From the NCBI GenBank assembly GCA_051047955.1, contig JBPGPT010000001.1:682001-746000 (forward strand): 64,000 nt of DNA, given 5' to 3'. The notes beneath the pieces were generated by a model, which worked only from the letters and a program-made list of their open reading frames with translations, searched no databases and had not been told where the DNA came from. The stretch comes from Cystobasidiomycetes sp. EMM_F5. Taxonomy: Eukaryota. A program made the translations under genes and the position numbers. This document shows, one piece after another, positions 37,482-50,968 of this stretch (its first letter is position 1; each line of letters opens with the position of its first letter).

Positions 37482-39778
37482 ATGGGATTTCCCCGTCGAC
37501 CGCGCCCTCGACCGACACAGGCTTCGTCGAGTGGATCTAGCTCCCAATCTGGTTCACAACGATCCAGCAAGCGACTCCGTCTAACAAAAGATGCCATCTT
37601 TAATCCGGAACATGTCAAGATATTCATCATCACAGCCAAGCTGACGCCAGACGAAGTCCGGGATCTAACACGGAAAGCCGAAGAGAACGGTGCGCTAGTG
37701 GTGTCCCGCATCGAGGACGCCAACATCGTAGTCAGCAAGACTAAACTGTGGAATAGGCTCAAGAAATACCTCCCTGATGCTGACATTGCAAGTCTATTTC
37801 TCTTGTTGAAGGGCTCCGTTTGTCAGGCTGATTTCGACAAACCCGATAGAATCACAAGCGGATTGTTCTTACAGAATGGCTAGAGGATTCTATATCTTCT
37901 GGGGCTCAAAAACCATTTAGCGATGCTTACGTTGTCCGTAGACCGTCGCCTCTAGATCGTGTGAATCTCGACGATGCTCAAGCCAGTATCCGCTCAGTAT
38001 CTCCCACGATCTCCGATGTGGGATCAATAGCGAGTACCGCAACTGTCGAACCTTCGAGCGACCAGACGGCGGCGCTTACGGAACCTCCTAGCGACCTTGC
38101 CATCTACCCGACACCAAGTACGGCAATTTGGGCAGGAACGAGGACAGCGCCGCCTAAATGGCGGAACAAACGCTTTGCGTATGTGTTAGATCTTTGGAGC
38201 TGGAGCGAGCCTGCTGCTGACTATCAGGCCAGCTGCGAACGCTGGCACCCATTAATATGCGTGAACCAATCATTGTTGCAGGAACTGAAACATATCAAGG
38301 AGTACAACAGGATGGAGGGGGAAGAGCGACGATCTGCAACATATGGCAAGGCTATGGCAGCCATCAAAGCATATCCGTACCTCTTGAGATCGGTGAAAGA
38401 AGCAGCTGGAATCCTCGGAGTTGGCACAAAAATTGCAGCCCAATGCGGAGAATTTATAGCTTATGGCAGAATAGAGGCAGCGGGTGCGTTTGTTGCGAGC
38501 CTGATAACCGTACGGCTGTTCACCTCTCCCGTCCAGAGCGAATCAAGAATAGCGAAAGGCAGCAGATCCTGCTGCAATTTTGCAAGATACACGGAGTTGG
38601 CCCTAGCACGGCACGCGAGTTGTACGAACGGTACAAATGCCGTACTATCGAAGACGTGGAGCAACACGCTCACGTTCTGCCGTCTATGGGCGAGAAGAGC
38701 ACGATGTGTATGAATTAATTTCCTGCTTGTCTCGTTTTTGCTGAAGATGATTACGACAGATGTGGATGAATTTGATATAAAGTGCGTGAGTGGTAGCGCT
38801 TCCTTGATATAAGCTGACACATTGTGCAGAATTCCTCGTGCCGAGGTAGAGGAGATAGCAGATATAGTCGACCAGCATTTGCAAAGATTGATAGTAAGAA
38901 AACATGCGTGTGAAGGCATCGCACTCTTCTGATGTCATCGAGCAGCCAGGCGCAGAGTATACTATTGTTGGTGGCTACCGGCGCGGAAAGGCCCAGTCAA
39001 ACGATGTGGATATCGTTTTCACGCACCCTGAAGCAGGTCGGGAAAAGGGCGCTTTGCAAAATGTCTTGAAGACATTGACTCAGTCTGGTTATGGTACGTA
39101 TGGCATTGCAAGCTGGACAGATCGCTCTAGCTGACATGCTGAAGCAGTGACGGAAGTGCTATACCAAGCCTTCACCGATTCTCAACGCGATGCCTCAATG
39201 CAGCACTTTCACGCGTAGGGTCCCGGTTCGGGTGTTGCTCCGAGTTCTAGTCTGAGCCTTGATACATACACGACAGATCTCACATGGATCCGCTCGATAA
39301 GGCTTTTACGGTTTGGCTAAGCCCAGCCAACGGAACGGATCGTCCACAAGCCATTCATCGCCGGGTGGACCTGATAGCTGCACCTGCACGATATTACGCT
39401 TGCGCAGTTCTAGGGTGGTCGGGTTCCACCAGTATGTACGGGTCTACCGGAAGTCATACTGCGCAGTTTGACGCCTCCTATGTTTAGCTTTCGAAAGAGA
39501 CCTTCGTCACTATGCAGATAGAGTTAAAGGGTGGGTCTTGCTGTACATTTCCACACCGTTGCTGGAGTTACATTGATGCCGGACAATTAGCTACAAGTTC
39601 GACTCCGGAGGTCTGTGGCGCCGGTCGGACTCCAAAGAAATCATTGTCAATACGGAAGAAGACGTCTTTGAGGTGCTTGGACTAGAGTATATACGTAAGT
39701 CTGGGCGCAAAATTGTCCATTTGTAGGCATGTCTGAACGATTTGCTCAGCTCCAGAATGGCGAAATGCAGACGTTTAG
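37482..39778 (+). CDS. POL4: Family X DNA polymerase (Pol mu/Pol4-like) with N-terminal BRCT
   Basis: BRCT EWLEDS; HhH GVGTKIA and GVGPSTA; catalytic VGGYRRGKAQSNDVDIV, HRRVDLI, LGWSGS, EEDVFEVLGLEY. Confidence 0.92.
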
Positions 39779-39933
39779 TAAGGGTAATGGCGGCCGAGTA
39801 CGGTATTCTCGCTGAAGGATGCAATGTTTAGTCTGTATGTCGTTGTACAAAATCAAACCCGGGTCACGATAGCGATAATACTGTACATGGATACGATCGA
39901 TGATACCGGTTTTGCAGACGCCAACAAGTCAAC

Positions 39934-40719
39934 ATGCGCCAATTGAAGCACCATGAGAAGTGCGCCGCCGCACCTGATTCATAACGATGTCGCTGAACCG
40001 AGCTGGCTGTTGTTCACAGGAAACTACTCAAGAAAGTCGATTTCTTACAATGGAAACAGGATGCCAACCTCAGGGAGATCAAGGTGATGCGGACATATCA
40101 CATTCAAGGAAGGTTGGTAGAAAGATCAATGTAGTTTTTGCGCAAACGCTGCTGACGACACGACTCCGCTTGCAGGGAGGACTATCAAGCATATAATCGC
40201 CTTTGCGGATCCATTAGAGGATTAGCGCACAAAATGGCACAACTACCCGAGCGAGATCCATTCAGAACTAAGTATGAAGGCATGCTGCTCTCGAAACTCT
40301 ACGACATGGGCATACTCGACACCACAGCCAAAATTCGAGATGTCGATTCGAAGGTGACAGTCAGTTCTCTGTGTAGGCGGCGCTTGGCAGTTGTTATGTG
40401 TCGCATCAAGATGTGCGAGACAGTCAGCAAAGTAAGCAAAGCAAATCATTGCTCCGTCTATAGGCTGCTGACATGCTCTGTGCTTATAGGCCGTTCAATA
40501 CATCGAGCAAGGACACGTCCGAGTCGGGCCAGACCCTATCACGGACCCTGCATTCCTTGTGACTAGGTGAGTACTGCCGGTCTGTTCTTGATAGTTAATT
40601 TGCTCAAGGAGACATCTTGCAGGCATATGGAAGATTTCGTTACATGGGTGGATACAAGCAAGCTGAAGCGGACAGTCATGCGTTACAACGACGAGTTGGA
40701 CGACTTTGATCTCATGTAG
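39934..40719 (+). CDS. IMP3: U3 snoRNP protein Imp3 (S4 domain)
   Basis: [71 protein letters not shown]. Confidence 0.97.
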
Positions 40720-40963
40720 CTATCGTCTCCTCGAGTTGCGGCATCCACTCGGGAAGGTCCGTACATCCCCTGAACAGCGCTCTGCCAAATGGCAATCGCA
40801 CTATCTTCGGAAGTCTCGGAACTCTTGACAATATAGTAGCAGTCTGTTGTTGTAACAGTGCTGATGGCGGTGTATACAGCGCCCTAGACCCAACAAGTTG
40901 AACACATCTCTGAAACAACCATGTGTACACGCATAACGTGTCGCCTTAAACGCCTGGATTTCT

Positions 40964-41616
40964 TCAGAAGTAAGGATGCTTCGAAACTGTCTGCTGTTTC
41001 ATCGTGCTCATTGCGTCCCCTGCGGAAAATAAATATATTCAGTAAGCAAGCGTGGCATGCGGAATAAGGAGATGGCACACAATGTTCGATGATGCAGGTG
41101 CCTTGCAAGCCAAAAACGTCGTAAACCAGCATCTTTGGACCACCAGAAAACCTTGCTTCGACTTGTACCAGAAAGCCGTTCTCGCCAAAGAACAAATTGT
41201 GTATGACGAAGGACGTTTTCGGGTCCGCCCAGAGCGATCTTAGGCCATTAATGGCAGCTTGTCGTCCATCGCCTGTTTTGGGAGCACGTCAGCTACATCT
41301 GTACACCCGCCCGATACTCAAGCAATGCTATCACCTATATCAGGGTTGTGTTGGATATAGTCCGCTGCAACATATTTGTTCATGGCGGAATCAAGGTTCT
41401 TATTGCTGGTTTGTTATCAGTCATCAGTCATCAGTCATCAGAGAAGTGCGTGTGGCGGGAGACATACTTGTAAAACTTCTTCGCGAAATCCCATGCAGCG
41501 TCGTAGACCTCACCTTTGTTTGGGTTCGATTTGGTAGACTTGGGGCATTGACTGCTTCCACTGACGCACTGGATGGCTATTACCACGACGCTTGTCAGAG
41601 CTAGACTGAATCGCAT
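40964..41616 (-). CDS. Secreted SnoaL/NTF2-like protein, copy 1
   Basis: Signal peptide MRFSLALTSVVVIAIQCVSG; YVAADYIQHNPDI|GDGRQAA; VYDVFGLQGTCIIEH|WD; ends SKHPYF. Confidence 0.85.
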
Positions 41617-42380
41617 AGTGTTATGACAGTGTTGTGCGAGGCGAGCAGTAAGTGTCCTTTCGTCCTGCGCTGTGAAGACCAGAATTGCAAAGGAGTGTGA
41701 GCCGTAATGAGGTGGGCGAGGAGCTTAGAGAAGATCTGTATAGAGAAGATGGTCTGTGAAGCAGACATAAGTCAGATTGGGACCTCGTATTTCGTTCAAT
41801 CTGCCAAGCATGTGCCGGCAGACGGCCGACATCTTCCCTCAGCCTTCTGCAGCTAGTGCAAGTCAAGCGAAGTGCGAGGAGGGCGAAGTGCGCATGTCGC
41901 ATCATCGGAGGTCGTGGACGGCTATGGTCCGCTGGTTATCTGCAGACAAAGTGCATGCTGAGGCAACGGTAGGATGAGACGATGGGACGCAATCAGCTTC
42001 AGGCCAGCAGGGCATTTGCAGCAGGATACGGGAACATGCGTTCAAGGACAGGTTGGAGGCAGTCAGAAGAACTAGCTAGTATCGGAACGTAAGCGAGATC
42101 CCAGGGTCTTGTCGAAGCGATTGTAACATAATACTCGCAACACGGCCATCAAGATCTGACTGTCCTTCGCTGCAACAACTGACTGTATCGGGCCTATAAT
42201 TCTGACCGCGAAGCAATTAACGGCATTTGCCGTGCAGATGGGCATATAAATATGTAAAACGACAACGAAATCAGATTTTATGAGCATCACAATCCGCAAA
42301 GAGGCTCCATGTCCAGCTTTGACTGGGCGGCATCGGGACGGAGAAGGGATTGTCAGGCCACTTTCCGGACAGCTGATGTA

Positions 42381-42955
42381 TCAGAAATAAGGGTGTTGAG
42401 AAACGGTGTTGCTCTTAATGGCTTGCATATTGTCCCCTATCGCGAGATATGTCTTAGAACTGTTTCTCGAAAGTCCTAGCGAACACTCACAGTGCTCAGT
42501 GATGCAGGTACCTTGTAAGGCGAAAATATCATAAACTACGGTTCGGGGACCGCCAGCAAAGGAGGCTTCAGACTGCACAACAAAGCCATCCTCGCCGAAG
42601 AAGATGCGATGAATAGCGAAGGACGTCTTCGGGTCGGCCCATAGCGACTTCAAGCCATCAATGGCTGTTTGACGGCCGTCGCCTAGATCCGGATTGTGCT
42701 GAATGTAGTCCGCAGCGACGAAATTGTTGAATGCGCTATTGAGATCCTTCTGACTGCGGCATGTACAAGTGTCAGCATCAGGAGCCATGGAACGTCAGGC
42801 TAGGCTACATACTAATAGAAACGGGTCGCAAAATCCCAAACTGCCCCGTATACTTCTCCTTTGGATGGGTTGGGCTTAGTATTGGGAGGACATTTGAACG
42901 CAGATACGGGTAAGAGTAGGGCGAGCGTGGCGACGAGCGGAACACGGAACCACAT
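42381..42955 (-). CDS. Secreted SnoaL/NTF2-like protein, copy 2, tandem paralog
   Basis: Signal peptide MWFRVPLVATLALLLPVSA; FVAADYIQHNPDLGDGRQTA; VYDIFALQGTCITEH|WD; ends SQHPYF. Confidence 0.85.
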
Positions 42956-43477
42956 AACGTTAACGCGAAGAGATCGTGGTGACAAAAGTGAAGTGAGTGT
43001 GTCTGTGGTATCAAGGACTGAATGAAAGTCGGTTGGATGTAAGCAGACCAAGCCTCACGGGAGTAGCCTGCAGCTGGACTGGTTTCAGTCAGTGCAAGAG
43101 GCGGCCGGTACGCTGCCGACAGCTTCGATATTGCTGACACAATTATCGCCACAAACGAGTGTAGCTTACGAGAAAGATCGGATAGCACCCCCGCTGATCA
43201 TTTTGCCCAAATTCTTGACCTTGCGCAACCTGTAGCGTAGGCATGAGTGCAGGTCAGCTGACCTCAGCCTAAGACCCGCTTCTCAGTTCAGTATGGCAGC
43301 GATAGGTACGTTAGGGGATGCAGACAGCGCATACGGTACCGTCAGCGCACAAACTTAGTGAACCGGCTACGTACAAAGCATTAGGAACATCGGTTCACAA
43401 ACCTGTCGGAACTTTCAGTGAATTTTAGCTATATCAAGTCTAACAAGTCTCGCATTGTCTCCCGTCGTGCCCTGTGC

Positions 43478-45861
43478 CTATAGGGAATTATCGCGGCAGG
43501 AGAAAGCGCTAGCAGCGCCTCCTGCGTAATCTTCTATGATCGCTTCAATTGATGTCCACAAGCCAGGTCCAAGCATGAGCAAGCCGGCCGCAAAGCTTGA
43601 AACAGATGGGGTCTCAGCACCTATAGCCGACGGAATAGACTGTCTCCAATAGCATCGCTTACATGACAACGTTGAGGGCGAAGAGGACAGTCTGTCGCGT
43701 ATTGCTGAAGTAGCGGCCGGAATTAAGCTCAAACCATGCCGCAGCCCCTGTAGGAGCATAGTTCAGATATGGCGAAACGGCACAACGTTCCAGATGGCTT
43801 ACAGAAGATGTAACCAAAGAAAGAGTCAAAGGCAGCAGACACTGTACACGCAAATTGTCAGTATCTTGGCTCTCTGGTTTATTGCTGGGTGCACTCGCTT
43901 ATGCCTGTACGAGAAGAGGACAAATAAGTCAGGATTATCGAGAACGGTAAGTCATCAGAACCCACCCAAGAAGTCGCCTGTGGAAAGTAAAATAAAGCAG
44001 TCAGTCAGTAAATGTTGTAGGGCACTCTTTTGTGTAGGCCGCACCCATTGACGGAATGGTCTCCCCGAGCACCCATGCCAACTGCGTACCAATAATTAGC
44101 GATGTAAACAGTCATTGCAAATTCTAAGCTGACCACCCAGAGGATCGCCTGTATTCCGATCCATGTTCCCCACCCGGTGACCGAATGCGAGTGTGCGTGG
44201 CGGGAATCGCGCATGATGCGGCGGAAAATGTACTTGCCTGCAACGTTGGCGTACAGACTTCCAATCACAATCGTTGGCAAAATCACGAATGCGAACGCAG
44301 ACTTCTTCTGCCAAGGTTGTTGTAAGGAACCGATAAGTGGCGCGGTACTGTATTGTCCGTTGTACGTGTAGCCAACACTTGCGGCAATGGTGAATATCAC
44401 GACCTCCGCAACTGTGAGCACTGCCAGAGCCTTGGGAAAGTCCTTTGGCTCTTTCATCTCTGCAATAAAAGATGGATAAAGCTATAAAAGCCGGAGTCAG
44501 CAGCAAGACGACGAATTGGGAAAAACGTGCCGTACAATCTGTCCAATAAACAAAAAGGTGATATTGCTAGCAATTCGAATTATTGTTAGTGTTTTCTCTG
44601 CGAGGTCCTCGAGAAGCTATCTCACAGCGTCGCGTTGAAAGCCGGGATGAAGGTAACGCCTGCTTGAGCTCCGGCGGTAGTGAAGATGGCTGCACCGGCC
44701 TTAGGCCATACACCGCCATAGCCGTAAACAGGGTGATCTTGAATTCCCGAGTATATGAGCGTGAGCAACATAGCGATGGCCATGGCAATTGCTGACCTGA
44801 ATACAGACGGAGTTAGAACCAATTCCACAACAGTGCTCCCGCACTGTCATAAGCTTTGACACTCACACTATGCCCATCAGCGAAACATGTTGCAAAGTCC
44901 TTGGAATGGAGAAGACGAAGGAGATGAGGGCAGTGACGACCTGGAACACCACGGTGCACTGCGAGTGGTCGGACAGCGTGTTAAGAATCTTGCTCCCAGT
45001 AAGGACATGGAAGCCCATCAAAAAGACATTGTTGAGGCTACGGTCGTCAAATCAGTTTCACTGCGATTACAGCCTCCTGTAGAGCCCATTTCGAGTCACT
45101 TACAGGAGCATGATAGCAGTGGCTTCCGCTGCAATCTTGCTTCCGCCACTAAGTTGGTATGCAATGTCAACGATATCTCTAACGTCTGAGCAAGACATGC
45201 CGATAAGATCAGTTGGCTGCGTTTGCTATCTACGCATTTTAGAACCTACGCGGATGTTTCATGCAATATTGCCAGCAAGTGTAAGATGTGTACCAAGTGC
45301 TGACAGCGAGTACAAAGGTAACACTGATGGTAACATCAGCTGCTGATACTGTACAAACGCCACTCAAAGTGTGCACTGACAGTATTCCTCCGACCCATCC
45401 GAGCACCATGTACGACCAAGAGAGTGCCAACATTGCCAAACAGATGTACTCCGTCAATAACAGCAAAGCCGTTTTCTGCCACGATAGTGTCCGGAACTTG
45501 ATATCATGGTCCTCTGCATTTCAGATTAGACTCGAGGCCAGATGAGTCGAGAGCACTGCTGACTTACTCTCGCTCTCCACCAGCTGAACAAAGGCATCGG
45601 AGCTATCGTTGACGGTATCGAACTAAACGACGGGATAAAGCCAAGTCACTTGCATCAGCAGCATATCCAGCATATCGCGAAAAGGATGTGGGGCTGCGGA
45701 AGGCTGTTGAAGGTGTTCCCTGTGTGTGCAACACGAAGAAGAACACACATGGGTCCTTGACAGCAGCTTCGAGCTGTACCGGCTTCTGCACGTGTGCGAA
45801 GACGCGAATGTCTCGATGCACTTACGCCCTTCTTCTCGTTGCCATATTTGTGGTCAGCCAT
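43478..45861 (-). CDS. Neutral amino acid permease (AAAP/Aa_trans family, Mtr-like)
   Basis: KFRTLSWQKTALLLLTEYICLAMLALSWSY..LGWVGG, NITFLFIGQI, MKEPKDFPKAL, HSHSVTGWGTW; many TM segments. Confidence 0.9.
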
Positions 45862-46371
45862 GGCAGACGACTAGTTTCAGATCAGCGCGATGTTGTGATA
45901 CGTGGGAGAAAGCAGTGGAGATGTCGCTAATCTCAATGCGTGACCGAAGCTTCTCAGAATTATCTTGATCAGCCTGCAAGAATTTCAGAGGCCAGCTTGA
46001 TGAGATGCGCACGCCATAAATGCCTATAATCAACGAGTTCCGGGCAGCTTTGTAGATCTTTCTCAGCGAGGTGCGATGGCGCAAGGCCCTCTTCAGAAGG
46101 AGGGTTTCGGGCATTCGGTCAGTTTCTGCCCGGCACGGTTACTGGCAGATTTTGCATCTGATAAAGTGTCGTTGACCGCAAGGCGCAGAGGAGATGTTGC
46201 TTCGCAGAGAACAAGTCACAACGACAGAAAGAGTGATGTAAGACCCAAACATTGTGTGAAATGCTGTTTCTTTGGTACATTTATGCGACACCTGCTCGCC
46301 TAATTTTTGCGTGGGGGTTCGCCACTGAGGCCTATAGCAAGTCATCTCCGCATCACAATGTGCATCTTGGG

Positions 46372-47745
46372 CTAAGCAGACGCGGACAAGTGGTACAGCC
46401 GTCTTAGATACCCTTCGACCCTGTTTCAAGGTATAGGTTACTCAGCAATTCAGAGCCGATTGCCGCGCATTATCGCACCTCTGCTTTATGACCATCGTTA
46501 CTCCGTGGGCAAGGAAGCCCTTGATGATCTCTGCACGAGGAAGTTTAGCTCCAGAATCCGATAAGATGCAAATACATCGACTGACGCGCTTGCAAGCCAA
46601 CGTATAGGCCCGTGATTCCACTTCGAGCGATAGTCTTCGTGAAGACGTCCAACATATTCCGATAGAGCTGCCTGCCGCCGGGCGACTTCCACTGCATCCG
46701 AGTCTTTGACAAGATGAGAGGATAGCAGATGCTCGAGGCTGATGTTTTACGAGGATGTCAACAGGCAGTAGTCAGCAAACAGGGCGTCTTCAAAACGTAC
46801 GTATTCACCTATGGCAGAGGCAGAAGCAGAAATGAAGAATGTTTGGTATGCAGTTGGCTTCCCTCTGTAACGTCTGGGCAATAGTGTGTTTTTGAGCGTT
46901 GCGATCAGGAAGAAAGTAATAGCGGGGTTGACAGTCTGGTTCAGCAAGCAACTTAGCATGACCAGTCGAACGCAGAAGTTCTACTTCGAATTCTACCAAA
47001 GCGCATGCGGATCCGTATCCCCTCCAGAATCCAGATATGCCGTACGTTTGGTAGATGTCTTTTGCGATTGCTGTGGAAGAATCAGCGGAATACTCGCTGT
47101 CTTCGTGTTCCTCATCTTCTACAGTGGCGAGATTCTTGTCTTCTTCTTCGTCTTTGCTCCTTGATTTAGCGGCAGTCTGTTTGCGTACGGTGATAGCGCT
47201 CAGAGGTGTCGTGACTGCGCGGCTGATGATGCCTGCGATACAGCCTATAATTAATTCCTCTGTTCCGGTAAACGGCTGTGCGAGTTTGATGTCCCGATCC
47301 TTGTCGAGAGCAAGCTTTCTCCTGAGCAACAGCTTGTGCAACGCGGAATAGGCGTAGAAGTATAGGAAGTTGGACAATGCTGTCGCAAGCGTATCGGCGG
47401 CCAGACCTTGGTAGAATCCGGCTATGCCACCTGATGCATAGATAGTCTGGAGGGCATTGTATAACGAGGAGTACGAATCGGCTTTTCTCTCGTGCTGCTC
47501 TCTGCTTGTCTTTGTATTCTTAGCTTGCGGCGTCTTGGTTTGAAGTCTCGCGGTCGTGAGATCCAGAGGGTACAGTAACACATTGGCAACTGCTGCCCTG
47601 CTCTACAATCAGACTTGACATCTGGCCATAAAACATCTTTCGCGAAAGCATTCGACACCCACCCTACGCTGCCAGACAGGGCCTCCACGACAGGCGGTAC
47701 GCTTCGAGGTCCGGGTAGCCGGGCGTCATCACTCGCGGAAGTCAT
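46372..47745 (-). CDS. ANT1: Mitochondrial carrier family protein, peroxisomal adenine nucleotide transporter-like
   Basis: Three carrier repeats: YPLDLTTARLQ, TPLSAITVRKQT, YPLILSKTRMQ; SNFLYFYAYS and TVNPAITF are typical of the Ant1/PMP34 group. Confidence 0.8.
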
Positions 47746-48601
47746 CGATATCAGGTGGCAATCAGTAGGGGCAAAGGAAAGCGAAAGCAGCTGACATCCC
47801 GTATCGCTTTGGCTTGAACTATTCATGGATGGTGATTCACTGCCTCTCCGATGCACGCACACCGGCATGCGAATCTGCTACATTTCCTTTCTTCACATGC
47901 ATATGCATATGCCCCGCAAGCTACGTGCTTCTGTCGGATTCGGACGATTCCCGGGCTATACCTTCTCTACCAGTGCTGACACGATTATTGTCAAGCAAAT
48001 CTCCATCAGCCCGATGTGCCTACGCAAAGCTTTACGAATAGTACCAACCCAGGAGATCCATCGCCGTGCTGAGTTGTCTTGAGTTCAGAGGGACGGCCTT
48101 CCAGTGCTCCTGCAGCTACATTACTAGCGATTGAGGCTCTCATCGAGTCGGTCTGTGCCGCTCCGTGAGAAGGATCCTGCGAAGGCGACGGTCCTGTCAG
48201 CTATTGGCAAGGCACGATTTAGTACGCGTGGGCGCCGGCCTATTTTGACAGACCTCACTCGAGGTTCCTGCTGCGCTGGCCGTGCGCTTGCCTCGATGTG
48301 CCAGCATGGCGGCGTAGGCGAGGCGCATCTCTGCGACTTTGGGATCGACCGGGCGTGTCGCGGACATGCAGAATGGCCAGAGCGTACAAGCGATTGTTCG
48401 TTGTCCTGGACGTGCAGATATATGCTGAGCCGTGCCTCCGCTGACGGACCACCATTCCGGATACTTGAAGGGGGGAACAGGTCGTTGCCGGTCATGTTTG
48501 ACAGAAGACGCAGTCCGTTACGGTGATCAATCAAAAGAATGAGCGGTAACCGTGGAATACCAAGGACAACATGACAAGTAATGCTTATCGCATCTCAAAA
48601 A

Positions 48602-50746
48602 TTACAATCTCAATGCTGATGTCTCCGGTACGGTATCTGATCTCGCCCAGTCTGGCAAAGGGCTCGAGTAGTCCCATTCATCCGTGTCTGGACAACACGT
48701 CGCTTTTGTATCAGCCAAAGCACCATCAACGTCTCGCACGATGGCTTTGAAGACTTACAGTATCTTATAGCGTGTAGCCAGATTTCAAGCTGCTCTACCG
48801 TTGGATCTGGCAGCAGCGGTATGCCACAAGCTTTACAGTACACTCCGTTTGCGTCTTCCGCAACGTACCACAGAGGATCGTCTTCTGCTTCCGGTGGAGG
48901 CGGGAGTGCGTGTTGGTGTGCTAGCACTTCGCGCTGAGCTTTCGACAGCATTTGCACGCCTCGTTTCGCAGATAGAGACGGTCCTTGACCTTTTGCCGAT
49001 GGTGCATCGTTCGGTCCGCGCGGCGGGTCTGACGACAAGGTGTGCGGACCGCTAGACACGGGCAGAGGTGGCCGAGCCATGTCCTTGACTCTGGCGTAGT
49101 TGTCTTCTTCGTCGCGAGTTTTTCGAAGTTCCGTGATTGCTCGAACGGCGTCAGCATTGAGGTCCGTCTCGCTTCCACCACCTAAAGGATCCAAAATCGC
49201 TCTCCGCTTTTCTATCCGTTCTTCGACAGCTTGACAGCGTTGAGCCCGTTTCTGAGCGTATGTCTCCGAACTTGATAATCCGTTGGGCTCGTGGGATGCT
49301 TCTTGTTCCTTTTGTACGAACGTCGTATCGCTGTTGATACTCTTTGGGACTCCGTCTGCAACGCTAATGGAAAGGTCATGCGAGCTCGATCGCCCGAAAG
49401 AAGGTTGTAAGGGATGCTGGCGTGCCTTCAGTCCATGGAAAATTCCGCCCTTTCCCCTACTTTCTCCCCACGCTAAAGTACTGTTGTATATGGGATCATT
49501 CGCAATCGGATGGCCTAAAAATTGCAGATGGACGCGCAACTGATGTGACCGGCCTGTGATAGGCCTGCACCTGACTATGGAAGTGTTCGTCCTTGCGCAA
49601 TACGAGATCCGCTTGAAAACAGTCTTGGAGGGCTGCATGACAGTGTCACTTAGCTAAAGCCTCAAACGAATATCAGTTTCCGCTCACTCGACCGTCCGGA
49701 TGTACGACATTTACTCCCATCTGCTTATCTATGGTAAGGAGCGGCTCGGCGCAGATCACCTCGCCTTCTTGAGCATCCGCATCTGGCTCTGGTGTGGACG
49801 AAGCCATATATGCCGGAAATTTCCCCGTAACACGAGCAACGTATTCCTTCTTGACGCGACCCGGTGTGCTGAAGTCCTTGCCTAACGCCTGAGCTGCGCT
49901 CTTCCGAGTCGCAATCAAAATGACACCCGACACTAATCGGTCCAGTCTGTTACCGGCTTTAGAATTGTGCCAATGAAAGGTTAGCCTGACCAACAGATCC
50001 TCAAGCTTACTACTTACTGGACACAATGTCCAGGCCGTGCTCATGCTTGAGTACTTCCAACAGTGTGTTGTAACGGTATCGTCCGGTAGAATGGATCGGC
50101 ATGCTGGCTTTCTTCTCCACTGCCCATATGCCCCTCTCGTCATCCTGCTGGAATATTTTGATCGGACCCCCAATAATGGGCGGCTCATGCCGGTGAACAA
50201 CGTTGGAAATCAAACTGAAAACAGATCGTTAGTTTATAGCTTGTTTGCTTCGGTTTCAGTGAGGAATATTGCGTACTCGCCATTTCGCACAATGTACGAG
50301 CAATCAACAACGTTTCCGTTCACAAGGACTGTCCCGCTCGATATAGCCCACTCCTGTTCTGCAATTCAGCCTTCGAGTAACAAAGACAGCCCGCAAATTG
50401 CTCAATTACGTAGAAATCTTTGCTCCGGTCGCTACGTCCGAAAGTGTCGTCAGGCCTTTCTGTTCAGTCTATATAATCTGGCGGCCTTACCGAAACTCGG
50501 TCGTGAATATTTCAAGCAGAGTTCGTCCTCTCCAGCGTTCTTTTGAATAGGTAAGATATGTATGACTTTGTCGAGTTGCATTAGCTTTGCAAGTCTGGCT
50601 GGACATTCATGGAGTGCTACTTACTTGTAGGGATGAACCTTACGAAGTGGTCCATCAATAAAGTATGGCGACCGCTGCGAAGTTTGGGCTGATTCCTCAT
50701 CGACTGCGATTTGCGACGTCGAGGCGACGCAGTCCAGAATTGTCAT
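48602..50746 (-). CDS. RluA-family tRNA pseudouridine synthase (Rib2/Pus9/RPUSD2-like), without a deaminase domain
   Basis: [30 protein letters not shown], catalytic [58 protein letters not shown]. Confidence 0.9.
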
Positions 50747-50968
50747 TTTTAGTAGATTAGCTACGTATTCGTGGTCGGAGCATGGATTCGTTTCGGAGCG
50801 TTATGCACTGCTCGGATTGGGGATTTGCAAACCGTACATCGTCGTCATGCGACTTGATTGCTGTTGCCGTCCTGCCATCAACCCAGCTGCACCAACTATT
50901 CGGCGTCCGTATACACACTGCAGGCAGGAGCCAGCTACCGACAGCTACACTCGCCAGTCCTGCGAACA

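Noticed and set aside
41414..41441. CTGATGA x3-4 (minus strand) in a SnoaL intron, resembling snoRNA C/D boxes
   Set aside because: It is a 7-nt microsatellite overlapping the branch site in an intron too short for a snoRNA; no terminal stem or guide sequence is seen.
47900..48560. Overlapping 130-aa ORFs on both strands between ANT1 and the pseudouridine synthase
   Set aside because: They have near-cognate starts, no recognisable motifs and no splice structure; likely intergenic or promoter sequence.
48850..49480. Long low-complexity insert and CxxC in the pseudouridine synthase
   Set aside because: A variable insert followed by CxxC..DP is typical of the eukaryotic Rib2/Pus9/RPUSD2 family.
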